Shown here one piece after another: positions 1 to 9,237 of a DNA stretch of 64,000 nt. Location of the stretch: contig CAXXFK010000025.1 in NCBI GenBank assembly GCA_963663965.2, forward strand, positions 160,001 through 224,000, given 5' to 3'. A program made the translations under genes and the position numbers. The notes under the pieces were generated by a model that made no database searches, had not been told where the DNA came from, and saw only the letters and a program-made list of their open reading frames with translations. How positions within the stretch are numbered: position 1 is the first letter of the stretch; every line of letters begins with the position of its first letter. The DNA is from Sedimentisphaerales bacterium. Its GTDB lineage: Bacteria; Planctomycetota; Phycisphaerae; Sedimentisphaerales; SM23-30.

Positions 1-472
1 TCTGAGCGCGAGCCGTTGGCGCAAAACACCAGCGGGAAATAGGGTCGGTCAGGCGACGGTTCATTTCTTCCGGCCAGGGCGCCTGGAAATTGTGGGTGCG
101 TAATCCCGCTTCCACATGCCCGATAGGAATGCCTTCATAAAAGGCGGCCAGAGCGGAAAAAAGACAGGTAGAAGTATCACCGTGCACCAGAATCGCATCC
201 GGTTTGAGATGATGCAGGGTCTGTTGTACCCGCACCAGGACTTTTGCGGATAATTCTGACAGGGTCTGGTTGTGGCTCATCAGATCCAGATCAACGTCCG
301 GTTTGATGGAAAATACCTGTAGTACCTGGTCCAGCATATGACGATGCTGGGCAGTGGCCAGCAGAACCGGTTCGGTTTCAGGGCGGTTTTTTAGCGCCAG
401 ATAAACCGGAGCCATTTTGATCGCTTCAGGACGGGTACCAACGCTTAAGACTATTTTTTTCTTATGGGACAT
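1..472 (-). CDS. wecB: UDP-N-acetylglucosamine 2-epimerase (non-hydrolysing), 5' part; runs off window start
   Basis: Manual translation from ATG at 472: MSHKKKIVLSVGTRPEAIKMAP...QHRHMLDQ...VHGDTST...GHVEAGLRT...PWPEEMNRRL, the classic WecB motifs. Absent from the ORF track because it is truncated. Confidence 0.95.
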   Translation of the reverse strand, partial: MSHKKKIVLSVGTRPEAIKMAPVYLALKNRPETEPVLLATAQHRHMLDQVLQVFSIKPDVDLDLMSHNQTLSELSAKVLVRVQQTLHHLKPDAILVHGDTSTCLFSALAAFYEGIPIGHVEAGLRTHNFQAPWPEEMNRRLTDPISRWCFAPTARAQ

Positions 473-492
473 GATATACGTCTGGCTCCGAA

Positions 493-1236
493 TTATTCCT
501 GACGAAAGCGTTCCTGGAACAACATTTTCAGTGTACTGATCACGGTCTTAACGACTTTCATTTTCGAGCCGCCGCCTTTATTGTCGTATCGCAGGATAAT
601 GGGTACTTCACCGCAGATAGCGCCCAGTCGGCCCAACCGCAACAGAATGCCGGCCATACAGGAAAAGCCTTCTCCAACAAAGAGCTCGCGCCCTTTAGAT
701 TTTAACGCTTGTTGTAAGAAGCCGGCCCGGTAGGCCCGGTAGCCGCAGGAATAATCTTTCACATTTTGAATAGGGTAGACCAATCGGAACAGGATCGACA
801 TGCCATAGGAAAGCAGTTGACGCGAAAAAGGGACGCCTCGTACGACGGCACCCGGTTGATAACGGGAAGCGATCACCACATCACGGCCTTCGCGCACGGC
901 CCGGATCATACGGGCGGCCAGGCCGGGCAAGTGGCTATTATCCGCATCCATACATAAAATAATGTCACTGCCATTAGCCCGCTGAGTCGCCTCTGTTATG
1001 CCATGAATAAACGTTTCACTCAGACCCATGTTTCGTTCGTTATCAATGACGGTTACCGCCAGGGTGCCGGCGGATTCCAGGGCAATGGTGGCCGTTCGGT
1101 CTGTTGAGCCGTCATTCACGACCAGAATTTCAAGGTCCAGTTTATAAGTTTCATCTACCAGTTCCTGGAAACCCTGCATGATTGCGGGTAGATTTTCTTC
1201 TTCATTGTAAGCCGGTAAAACTACCCATACACGCAT
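493..1236 (-). CDS. GT2 family glycosyltransferase (DPM1/polyprenol-phosphate sugar transferase-like)
   Basis: VVLPAYNEEEN, VNDGSTDRT, MDADNSH, VIASRY, DYSCGYRAYR motifs. Confidence 0.9.
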   Translation of the reverse strand: MRVWVVLPAYNEEENLPAIMQGFQELVDETYKLDLEILVVNDGSTDRTATIALESAGTLAVTVIDNERNMGLSETFIHGITEATQRANGSDIILCMDADNSHLPGLAARMIRAVREGRDVVIASRYQPGAVVRGVPFSRQLLSYGMSILFRLVYPIQNVKDYSCGYRAYRAGFLQQALKSKGRELFVGEGFSCMAGILLRLGRLGAICGEVPIILRYDNKGGGSKMKVVKTVISTLKMLFQERFRQE

Positions 1237-1249
1237 AAATACGAACTCC

Positions 1250-1906
1250 TCAGTTAATGTTTGCGGATTTTCTGGCCGCGAAATAAAAGGCGCAACCCGC
1301 TGGACGCCAAAGCCATTGCGGACGGGTCCAGTGGAGATAGTGTTTGTTTAAAATTAATTTTCTCAGAATTCCTCCATATTCAACCGGTTCAAATCCTTTT
1401 TCTTTTAATTTATTAATCCACCAGCCACGTGAGCATTTCCAGACATGAGTTGGATCGTGGTCCAGTATCCGCACCAGAATGCCCAATGGACCATCATATA
1501 CCGGGACCACCCCCAGTAGAAATCCATTTGCGGGAAGGCGTTGAAAAATCGTGTCAAGCGCCCGATCCAGGTCGGGAATATGTTCCAGGACATCCCAGGA
1601 GACAATAGCGTCAATAGCAGATGTTTCTGGAATGGATTCATAGGATCCGGTAAAAAGGCTGGCACGGGGAACCTTCTGAGAGGTTTTTTCGACGGCGAAT
1701 TCATTGGGATCGCACCCCAGACAACTATAATGGCTGCTGGCAACCTGTAGAAAGTTGCCCAGACCGGTGCCCAATTCAAAGACCGTTTTGTTTTCTGGCA
1801 CCCATCTCCGCATTAAGTCAAGATAAAACAATAACTTATGAGAGCTGTTCTGGGCATCATAGTTGGGGTAGTTGGTGTCAAAGTAAACCTGGCCCGGATT
1901 ATTCAT
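1250..1906 (-). CDS. Class I SAM-dependent methyltransferase
   Basis: VFELGTGLG motif I and DAIVSWDVLEHI; located in a surface-glycan operon. Confidence 0.85.
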   Translation of the reverse strand: MNNPGQVYFDTNYPNYDAQNSSHKLLFYLDLMRRWVPENKTVFELGTGLGNFLQVASSHYSCLGCDPNEFAVEKTSQKVPRASLFTGSYESIPETSAIDAIVSWDVLEHIPDLDRALDTIFQRLPANGFLLGVVPVYDGPLGILVRILDHDPTHVWKCSRGWWINKLKEKGFEPVEYGGILRKLILNKHYLHWTRPQWLWRPAGCAFYFAARKSANIN

Positions 1907-2147
1907 AAAAAGTTATAGGTATTTGGTTTAAAATATGTTATACGTCAGTTGCCTGAATACGATCTGTACTTGAAATAATTATAATTTATACGTAAGATTT
2001 TTCAAAATCATTTATTTGGGATATCGACAAAAGCAATCTGGTGCTTTTATAATAAAGATTAGGCCAGTTTTGTGATTTAATAATAAACTTATATCAATAA
2101 AATGGGTACGCGCTTTGAATTCATTAGTACCGGATAGAACGACCTGG

Positions 2148-2705
2148 ATGGTGAGAATCAGATTGTTAGCCATTGTGGCAGGTATTTTCTGCCATTTTCT
2201 GGGGGGGTGTTCTGTAAGCCGTGATGTTATTTTACGGAATTATACCTGCCTGGATGTAAGCCATTCGAATGAGGGACAGGTTTTCCAGGCTGGCGAAGCG
2301 GCGATGAGAAGTGAGTTTGGCCAGATAACGGTGAATATGGATGAAAAGAAGATTCATTCCAGGCCGAGAATGCTTGATCAGGGCAGCCCATCGTTGTCGA
2401 CACGGCAACTTCGGGAGTCCGCTGAGATGAAGGTCGTGAACCATATGGGAAGAAGCTGGCTTTGTGTCAAGGTGGTTACTGAACGACAGGATAGCGCGGC
2501 CTGGTCGGCTTTTTCAGCGACGGCCACGGTAGCCAGACAAGATCAACGTTATGTGAGTCCCATGGAATCCGGAGAATCGCTGGATCGTTCTCGAAAAGAA
2601 ATCTGGGTGGTAACCGGGCGTGATCGCCAGCGTGAAAAGCAGATTATTGAACGGGTAGAAACCTTGCTCAGTCAGGTTACTGGACTGTCGAATCTTTCCC
2701 ATTAG
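2148..2705 (+). CDS. Hypothetical lipoprotein
   Basis: From ATG 2148: MVRIRLLAIVAGIFCHFLGG-C lipobox-like signal; no family recognised. Confidence 0.7.
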   Translation: MVRIRLLAIVAGIFCHFLGGCSVSRDVILRNYTCLDVSHSNEGQVFQAGEAAMRSEFGQITVNMDEKKIHSRPRMLDQGSPSLSTRQLRESAEMKVVNHMGRSWLCVKVVTERQDSAAWSAFSATATVARQDQRYVSPMESGESLDRSRKEIWVVTGRDRQREKQIIERVETLLSQVTGLSNLSH

Positions 2706-2960
2706 TAAGTTTCTGATTAATCAGGACTTACAGTTATCGGTCGTTTTCCGGGCTACCTGGAAAAATTCAATAAACCATGAAGGGATGATAGTGTCTTTAT
2801 CCTGTTTAAAAACAAAGGGTTATGGTGCCAATTAAAAGCGGCCAAAAAACGGACTTTATCTGCTAAAGATTTATAGGCCCTCTTGTCGATAAACTCTAAC
2901 GCCCTTATGGGACTAGCCAAAAATAAAAAACCCATTTTTTGGGAGGCTCGAAACATAATG

Positions 2961-3105
2961 GCCGATAATTTTTTCGACCGGTAGCCCCGATGAGTACCGG
3001 ACTGGTAAAATGGATTTGAAGCTAAAACCAGTAGTAGCCAAACAGGAAGTGAGGCTCAGGAAAGAAGATGGAATAAGGTTGACTGTGTCAGGCCACAGGA
3101 TGTGG
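2961..3105 (+). promoter_or_regulatory. Candidate sigma28-like -10 box (GCCGATAA) followed by a structured leader with GGA-loop hairpins (CsrA-site-like)
   Basis: GCCGATAA at 2961-2968; CCAC-AGGAT-GTGG hairpin at 3093-3105; AGCC..AC-AGGAA-GT..GGCT hairpin at about 3037-3056; further GGA motifs at about 3010, 3057 and 3068. Confidence 0.35.
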
Positions 3106-3106
3106 A

Positions 3107-4300
3107 GTGGCGCCGAATGTCAGCCTTGACGGTTCCCTTCCGGGATTATATAAGGTTAAACCCTTGCAGATACAAAAAGCCTTACATATTATCGTTGTCA
3201 TAACGAGCCTGTTGGCTATCGCGGGTTGCAATCGGATCGGACAATGGAAGCCGGTAGAAGAAACGCCTGATGTCAAGCCATCGGTCCAATCGAATGTTTA
3301 TGGTCAAATGACCCCATTTGAACCGGTGAGTTTTACGCCCCAGAACTTTTCCTCGCTGACCCAGCATAGTTTTTGCAAGGAAGGCGGAGATTTCGATCCG
3401 GATATTACGCGCGACGGGAAATGGATTGTATTCAGTTCATTGCGTCATTCACCGAATCCTGATCTGTATATTAAACGGGTGAACGGTTTTACCGCGACCC
3501 GGCTGACCAGTGATCCCGGCAGTGAAATTCATCCGGCCTTTTCTCCCCGGGGAGATAAAGTCGCTTATGCCAGCAACCGGGACGGCGGCTGGGATATCTG
3601 GGTGATCGGTGTGGATGGCACCAATCCGGTGCGGCTGACGGATGGATCCAGTAACGATATTCATCCCTCGTGGTCGCCGGATGGCAAGCAGCTGGTGTAT
3701 TGTTCGTATGGCCCGCGTTCGAATCAATGGGAACTGTGGCTGGTGAGTACGGAAAATCCCAGTATAAAGAAGATGATAGGATACGGCTTGTTTCCCACCT
3801 GGAATCCCAATGCCGAGATTAATAAGATCGCATTCCAACTGGCCCGGTATCGTGGGAGCCAGTGGTTTAGTATCTGGACGATCGATATCGTTCAGGATGA
3901 AGCGAAATTTCCAACCGAGATTGTCAGTAATGTCGATTACGCCTGTGTGACCCCCTCGTGGTCGCCGGATGGCAAGAAACTGACTTATTGTACGGTTGAC
4001 AAACGGCTTTATGAAAAGAACCAGAGCGCCACGGACGCGAATGCGCAAGCGGCCGCGCCCCCGGTTGCCGGCGAGGATATCTGGGTTGTCGATCTGGACG
4101 GCCGCAATAACAACCGGTTATCCGGCAGTGACGCATCGGATTATTCCCCGGTGTGGGCGACCGACGGTCGTATCTATTTTATCTCCGACCGTCAATATAT
4201 CGACAATATCTGGTCTATCAAGCCGTATGAAGTAGATTTTACCGCGACGGAACCGGTTCAGTTGAGCAATCATCCGCAAAGTCAGATACTGGCAAATTAA
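3107..4300 (+). CDS. TolB-like beta-propeller (PD40 repeat) lipoprotein; true start may be TTG 3164
   Basis: LAIAG-C lipobox; repeated PAFSPRG, PSWSPDG, PTWNP and PVWATDG PD40 motifs. Confidence 0.85.
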   Translation: MAPNVSLDGSLPGLYKVKPLQIQKALHIIVVITSLLAIAGCNRIGQWKPVEETPDVKPSVQSNVYGQMTPFEPVSFTPQNFSSLTQHSFCKEGGDFDPDITRDGKWIVFSSLRHSPNPDLYIKRVNGFTATRLTSDPGSEIHPAFSPRGDKVAYASNRDGGWDIWVIGVDGTNPVRLTDGSSNDIHPSWSPDGKQLVYCSYGPRSNQWELWLVSTENPSIKKMIGYGLFPTWNPNAEINKIAFQLARYRGSQWFSIWTIDIVQDEAKFPTEIVSNVDYACVTPSWSPDGKKLTYCTVDKRLYEKNQSATDANAQAAAPPVAGEDIWVVDLDGRNNNRLSGSDASDYSPVWATDGRIYFISDRQYIDNIWSIKPYEVDFTATEPVQLSNHPQSQILAN

Positions 4301-4457
4301 TCTGACGGCGCGGAGGTCAACTCCGGTTTGTGAGCGAGAAAATAAATGGCGTATTGCCAGAAAAAGTAAATAGAGCAGGGTGCCTGCCTGGGTATCGATT
4401 CGATATGGAGATTGAATCGCAGGCAGTAGCCACCAGTAATCTGTCGGAGACAAAGAC

Positions 4458-5204
4458 ATGCGATCCGGAATCGTAAGAACCTTAACCAGGACGCTGATTG
4501 CGATAACGATCCTGACACTACCAGGATGTAAAAGTCAGGATGCGGGCAGACCTAGTCATAACGGTCCGCCCTGGTCAGTGGCGATAGTGCCATTTACCAA
4601 CCAATCGGGTTCCGAGGCACTGGATACGCTAGCGGTGACCGATGAGTTTTTTACCGAACTCCAACTGGCTGGAGATGGGGTTCAAGTCTTGCCGGTTAAC
4701 CGTGTTCTGGCGGCAATGAGCAGCTTGTCCATGAGTAAAGTTGCCAGCCCTTCCGATGTCGAACTATTGGCCGATATGCTGATGGTGGACGCAGTGATCG
4801 TGGGAGCCGTTACACAGTACGATCCCTATCCGCCCCCCCGGGTGGGTATGATGGTACAGTTGTACGACCGCAAGAAGTGGGCGTCTCACGATCCCATGAA
4901 GCATGTCGATCCTGGCCAGTTGGCGCGGAGCGGCACGAGTTTCGATCTGAAACCTCCCGAGGAGATGCGGCCCATCGCCCAGGTAGTGACGATCGTAGAC
5001 GCCGGCGACAAGGATGTTATCGAGCGTATCAAACTTTATGCTAATGAGCGCGCGAAAGAAGCGACCGCTTCGTGGCGCGAACCCTGGCAGAGATACACAA
5101 CGAGCAGGAATTATCTTCGATTTGTATCTCATGAGGTGATTAGCGAACTATTTATGCGGCGCCAGAGTTATCTGGCGGGCAAACCTCTTGAGCAGAAAGA
5201 CTAG
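4458..5204 (+). CDS. Conserved hypothetical lipoprotein (CsgG/TolB-N-like alpha/beta pattern)
   Basis: TLPG-C lipobox; VAIVPFTNQS and VDAVIVGAVTQYDPYPPPRVG pattern. Confidence 0.75.
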   Translation: MRSGIVRTLTRTLIAITILTLPGCKSQDAGRPSHNGPPWSVAIVPFTNQSGSEALDTLAVTDEFFTELQLAGDGVQVLPVNRVLAAMSSLSMSKVASPSDVELLADMLMVDAVIVGAVTQYDPYPPPRVGMMVQLYDRKKWASHDPMKHVDPGQLARSGTSFDLKPPEEMRPIAQVVTIVDAGDKDVIERIKLYANERAKEATASWREPWQRYTTSRNYLRFVSHEVISELFMRRQSYLAGKPLEQKD

Positions 5205-5215
5205 AGGATGCAACC

Positions 5216-5482
5216 ATGGCTGAAATGAAAGAGCTCACACTGCATAAAAATACCGAACGGTTCGTTTTTCGATACGAACCGGGCGATGAAGAAATGGTGC
5301 TCGATACCATTGTGAACATGGCCAATGACAGCGGCAACAGTTTCGACTGGTTTGACGCTGCGGTACTCAGCTTCCAGTTAAGCAAGAATCTGGTCGAGGA
5401 AGCTGATCGATTGCTCTGCCCCGAACCCTCACAGGACGCGCACTGGCAAAAGACAAGCGAACCCTGGAGTTCTCCCTGGTAA
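5216..5482 (+). CDS. Small conserved hypothetical protein
   Basis: GAGGA RBS, 11 nt after the previous stop; FDWFDAAVLS motif resembles a small planctomycete protein I recall near xerC. Confidence 0.75.
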   Translation: MAEMKELTLHKNTERFVFRYEPGDEEMVLDTIVNMANDSGNSFDWFDAAVLSFQLSKNLVEEADRLLCPEPSQDAHWQKTSEPWSSPW

Positions 5483-5664
5483 CGCCGATTGGCGTTCAGG
5501 ACGCTCCGCCTGGAGAACGACTATCGTAGCGATGGTCTGTATACCGACCCTGTACAGATTGTCAGACCGTTTGATTGTCTTGCTTGAATGTTGGTGTAGG
5601 TTCCCGATGGTGGAACCTGTTGGAAAATGGTAATGTTGGACCTTCGCCGTGAGATGCCAAGACC

Positions 5665-6735
5665 ATGTATGATAACAATGTAAAACAACCGGAAGTCCCG
5701 GTGATCAAGGAATTCATTGACCATCTGCAGTATGAAAAGCACTTTTCGTTTCATACGGTCAAATGCTATTCTGCCGACCTGAGGCAATTTGCCGATTTCC
5801 TCGTCCAATATCGAGGCGCGTCCCAGACGGTCTCTGAAGAAGGGACGGGCGGTTCAGACTATACTCAGGCCCCCGGCGCCGCCACCGCGGTAGCGACCGA
5901 AACGCAGCTGCAGACTCTGGAGCAAGCGATTCTCCAGGTAAATGTCAATACGATCCGGGCCTTTCTGGCACAGCTGTCGGAACAGAACTATTCAAAAACC
6001 ACCTCGGCGCGCAAGTTGGCGACGTTAAGGAGTTTTTACAAGTTTCTGGTCCGGCGCGGTCATGTCGAAACCTCGCCGGTTTCGGCGATCCGCACCCCCA
6101 AGCAGGATAAACGTTTGCCCCGCTGCCTGGAACCGGAACAAATCGCCAATCTATTAAACTGTCCCGATACCAACACCATGTTGGGAGCGCGTGACCGGGC
6201 GATTCTCGAGACTCTGTACAGCAGCGGTTTGCGTGTCAGCGAGTTGGTGGCTTTAAATCTAAGCGATGTCGATTTCCTGGGTGAGGTCATTCACCTGCGC
6301 GGTAAAGGCAAAAAGGAACGGGTTTCGCCGATCGGTTCGTCCGCCCTGCAATGTATCCAGCGCTATCTGACCTTCCGAGATACCGATAGTCGCAAAGACA
6401 GCTTCGACCCGGAAGCCCTGTTTGTCAACAAACACGGCCAACGGCTCAGTACCCGTTCGGTGCGGCGTAAACTGGATAAGTATCTCAAGCAAGCCGGCCT
6501 TGATCCCCGGATCAGCCCGCATACCTTGAGACACAGTTTTGCGACCCATATGCTGAATAATGGGGCCGATCTTCGTGTGGTACAGGAACTGCTGGGACAT
6601 CGTTCGTTAAGTACGACCCAGATCTATACCCATCTGACATCGAATAAAATGAAAAAAATCTATGAGAACTCCCATCCGCGGGCCCAGCAGGAAGATCAGG
6701 GCTTTGCGGGATACCAGGACCCTCGCAATGGCTGA
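5665..6735 (+). CDS. xerC: Tyrosine recombinase XerC
   Basis: ARKLATLRSFYKFL, RDRAILETLYSSGLRVSEL, GKGKKER, SPHTLRHSFATHML, LLGHRSLSTTQIYTH: full R-K-H-R-H-Y catalytic set. Confidence 0.9.
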   Translation: MYDNNVKQPEVPVIKEFIDHLQYEKHFSFHTVKCYSADLRQFADFLVQYRGASQTVSEEGTGGSDYTQAPGAATAVATETQLQTLEQAILQVNVNTIRAFLAQLSEQNYSKTTSARKLATLRSFYKFLVRRGHVETSPVSAIRTPKQDKRLPRCLEPEQIANLLNCPDTNTMLGARDRAILETLYSSGLRVSELVALNLSDVDFLGEVIHLRGKGKKERVSPIGSSALQCIQRYLTFRDTDSRKDSFDPEALFVNKHGQRLSTRSVRRKLDKYLKQAGLDPRISPHTLRHSFATHMLNNGADLRVVQELLGHRSLSTTQIYTHLTSNKMKKIYENSHPRAQQEDQGFAGYQDPRNG

Positions 6736-6809
6736 TTGGCGTACCGACGCGCTGTAAAGTCAATCTGGCATTATCCCTGCCTGTAGCGGCCTTGGGAGTC
6801 TGAGAATCT

Positions 6810-6836
6810 GCCCAATCCATCGATTGGGCTTTTTTT
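6810..6836 (+). terminator. Intrinsic terminator after xerC
   Basis: GCCCAATC-catc-GATTGGGC followed by T7. Confidence 0.85.
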
Positions 6837-6925
6837 GTGCGCAGAACTTGAGATGATAAAAGAATTATCCTTCGGCGTTTTCTGATTGATCGCAGGAAGG
6901 CGGCGGTATTAGAAATCGATGTTAG

Positions 6926-8017
6926 TCATTCAGAGGGATGTTTATGGAGATAAGCAAGTCCGGCGTCAGCGGCTTTGGCCATATTGACGGGATCGATACC
7001 ATAGGACCGTGCCAGGTTGATCGTACCGAAGATTCTGTCGTTAGGAGCGAGTTTGCGCTGAGGGTCTCTGGCGGCTCTTTCGATCGAATCATCCAGGTAA
7101 GGGTTGGTCATCCTGGCCAGTAAATCTTCGGCATAGGCGCGATAGCCGGATTCCGTGAAAAGTTCTTCGTTCAGATCGGCGTATTTCTGGACAAGGGCTC
7201 TGCCCGATTCGCCGATAAATGCCTCTCTGGCGATTTGCATCAGTTCTTGATCGTCGATTAGTTGCGACATTTTGGTATAGCCTTTGTCCGCTCCCAGATA
7301 AGCAAGCAGGGCATGGATGGCATTATGGCCGTATAGTTTGGCTTCTTCGAAGGGTAGGAGATCATCCTTTTCTATAAAGACCGGTATTCCTGGTTTGAAA
7401 TCTGACAAATGGCAGCGGGACACCAGGATTTGATTGAAGGATTCAACCAGATAGGCGCGTTCCAGACCGGGGGTAATCGGAATCAGTTGTTTTCTGGCAA
7501 TTTCGTGTGGATCTGCAATGACCTGGCTCATTTTTCCAATGACGGTATTGAGATATTGCACGCGAGGACAGGAGCCAATCTGTTCCTGAAGCATCTCGGC
7601 GGCGTGGTTGTGGTTTTCCGCGGCATAAATAATGGTAGCCGGAGCCTGACTGGATTCAAGTCCCTGTTTGATCAGTGAAACAACTGAATGCTCTCCAGCG
7701 CTGTAATATTGCACTGAGGGCAGGGAAGTGACAATTTCCGTCGCCTGGCTCAGGGCCTGCAGCAGGGCTTTTCTGTCAGAAGGATCCCCCGGGTGATAGG
7801 TTTCGATATTGGATACACTTTCGGTAACAATGCCGTCATGAGACGCAATGTTGATCGTATATTGCCCCCGGCTGGCCCGGAGCGCCGAGACCAGCTCTTG
7901 GTCAATCTCGGCAATGACTATTCTGGAAAAGTTACCGCTTTTAAAGGCTTCACAGGCAAACAATCCAGCTTGAATCGGCCCGAATCCGAAGCCAACAAAT
8001 ATATGATTTTTATCCAT
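6926..8017 (-). CDS. Mannitol-1-phosphate/mannitol dehydrogenase family oxidoreductase
   Basis: Start MDKNHIFVGFGFGPIQAG (Rossmann fold); AENH, NTVIGKM, EEAKLYGHNAIHA, RMTNPYLDD..R.ARDP.RKL...DR (MtlD-like). Confidence 0.8.
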   Translation of the reverse strand: MDKNHIFVGFGFGPIQAGLFACEAFKSGNFSRIVIAEIDQELVSALRASRGQYTINIASHDGIVTESVSNIETYHPGDPSDRKALLQALSQATEIVTSLPSVQYYSAGEHSVVSLIKQGLESSQAPATIIYAAENHNHAAEMLQEQIGSCPRVQYLNTVIGKMSQVIADPHEIARKQLIPITPGLERAYLVESFNQILVSRCHLSDFKPGIPVFIEKDDLLPFEEAKLYGHNAIHALLAYLGADKGYTKMSQLIDDQELMQIAREAFIGESGRALVQKYADLNEELFTESGYRAYAEDLLARMTNPYLDDSIERAARDPQRKLAPNDRIFGTINLARSYGIDPVNMAKAADAGLAYLHKHPSE

Positions 8018-8033
8018 GGGTAAATGAGGATGA

Positions 8034-9236
8034 TTATTCTGTTTGCTGATCGTTGGGCCCGTAATAGATCTGATCCAGTTCGGAAAAGCGCCAGTCAATT
8101 CCTCTGGTAAGCGGGTTGCGGAGCTTGCTGTTATCGTGAATGGCTTCCAGGGTCGATGGCCAGTTTTCGATGCCGGCGATTGAATCGACTTCCCTGACGC
8201 TCTGGGCGCCCAGGATATTGGCTGCTTTTATAGCGCTGATCGGGTCCATTCCCTTTAGAAATGCGGTAAGGAATCCGGCAATGGTGGCGTCGCCGGCGCC
8301 AACTGCTGAACCGAACCGATCCGCCTGGTAGGAGGGTGCCCAAAGTTCTCGATCAGACCAGTGATTGGTATTGTGAACGACAGGAGGCAGAGAATCGATA
8401 ACCTGGCGTTTGGCAGTTCTCAGGTAAAAGCCATTGATCCCCGCTTTGATGGCAGCCAGTTTGACGCCTAAGTTCAGCATGGAACTGGATAAGCGGGAAA
8501 AATCCTCAGTGGTATAAGCCGTGACCGGATCGTTATGGCCGGTCTGGGCTTTGCGGCGATCAAACAGATTACGGTCGAGCATAAAGGCAATTTCTTCGAT
8601 GCTGGGCAGGAAGATATCAACATAAGGCAGGACCTTTTTCAGAATGACAGGCCAGTTGGCCCGGCCCGAAGCGCTGTTTGGATCCGGTAAAGACATGTCC
8701 AGGCTGACAATAACACCCATTTCCCTGGCTCGCTTGACAATTTCGTAAAGTTCCCGGCCGTCATTTTGATACATCCTGCGCATCAGAGGCGGATAGCCAA
8801 AGTGTAACAGGTCACATTGCGACAAGGTGTCGTAATCGATATCATCCATGGAGAAGGTATCGTTCGTGCCGGCGTGGTGGAGGAACATGCGGTCGATACC
8901 GGGAAGGGCCAGAACGATACTGTATGATGTACCCTGATCCGACACGGTTTTAAATGAAGAGGCTCGATGCGGCCCGACGCGTTGTTTAATGATATCACCA
9001 AACGCATCATCACCGACTTTGCCATTGAGTTTGACATCCATGCCTAATTTTGCCATAGCCAGGCCGGTGTTTGACACGGTTCCGCCTGTGCCAATAACGG
9101 CTTGTTGCACGTCGATCAGTTTACCGGGCGTCAAAATATGGCTGATATCGCCCTGAGTTTCAGCCGGGAAACCAGGAGCGATATCCAGGCAGATGTGCCC
9201 GGCAACCATCGCTTTGGGAGTCGATTTATTCATCAT
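8034..9236 (-). CDS. PfkB family carbohydrate kinase
   Basis: GGTVSNTGLAMAKLG, GKVGDDAFG and SAVGAGDATIAGFL PfkB signatures. Confidence 0.9.
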   Translation of the reverse strand: MMNKSTPKAMVAGHICLDIAPGFPAETQGDISHILTPGKLIDVQQAVIGTGGTVSNTGLAMAKLGMDVKLNGKVGDDAFGDIIKQRVGPHRASSFKTVSDQGTSYSIVLALPGIDRMFLHHAGTNDTFSMDDIDYDTLSQCDLLHFGYPPLMRRMYQNDGRELYEIVKRAREMGVIVSLDMSLPDPNSASGRANWPVILKKVLPYVDIFLPSIEEIAFMLDRNLFDRRKAQTGHNDPVTAYTTEDFSRLSSSMLNLGVKLAAIKAGINGFYLRTAKRQVIDSLPPVVHNTNHWSDRELWAPSYQADRFGSAVGAGDATIAGFLTAFLKGMDPISAIKAANILGAQSVREVDSIAGIENWPSTLEAIHDNSKLRNPLTRGIDWRFSELDQIYYGPNDQQTE

Positions 9237-9237
9237 G

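Noticed and set aside
5665..6735. Tyrosine recombinase as a prophage or ICE integrase
   Set aside because: Motifs are of the housekeeping XerC type; no att repeats, phage or conjugation genes nearby
6736..6810. Possible TPP riboswitch (CTGAGA) after xerC
   Set aside because: The remaining conserved TPP elements are absent and no same-strand gene follows
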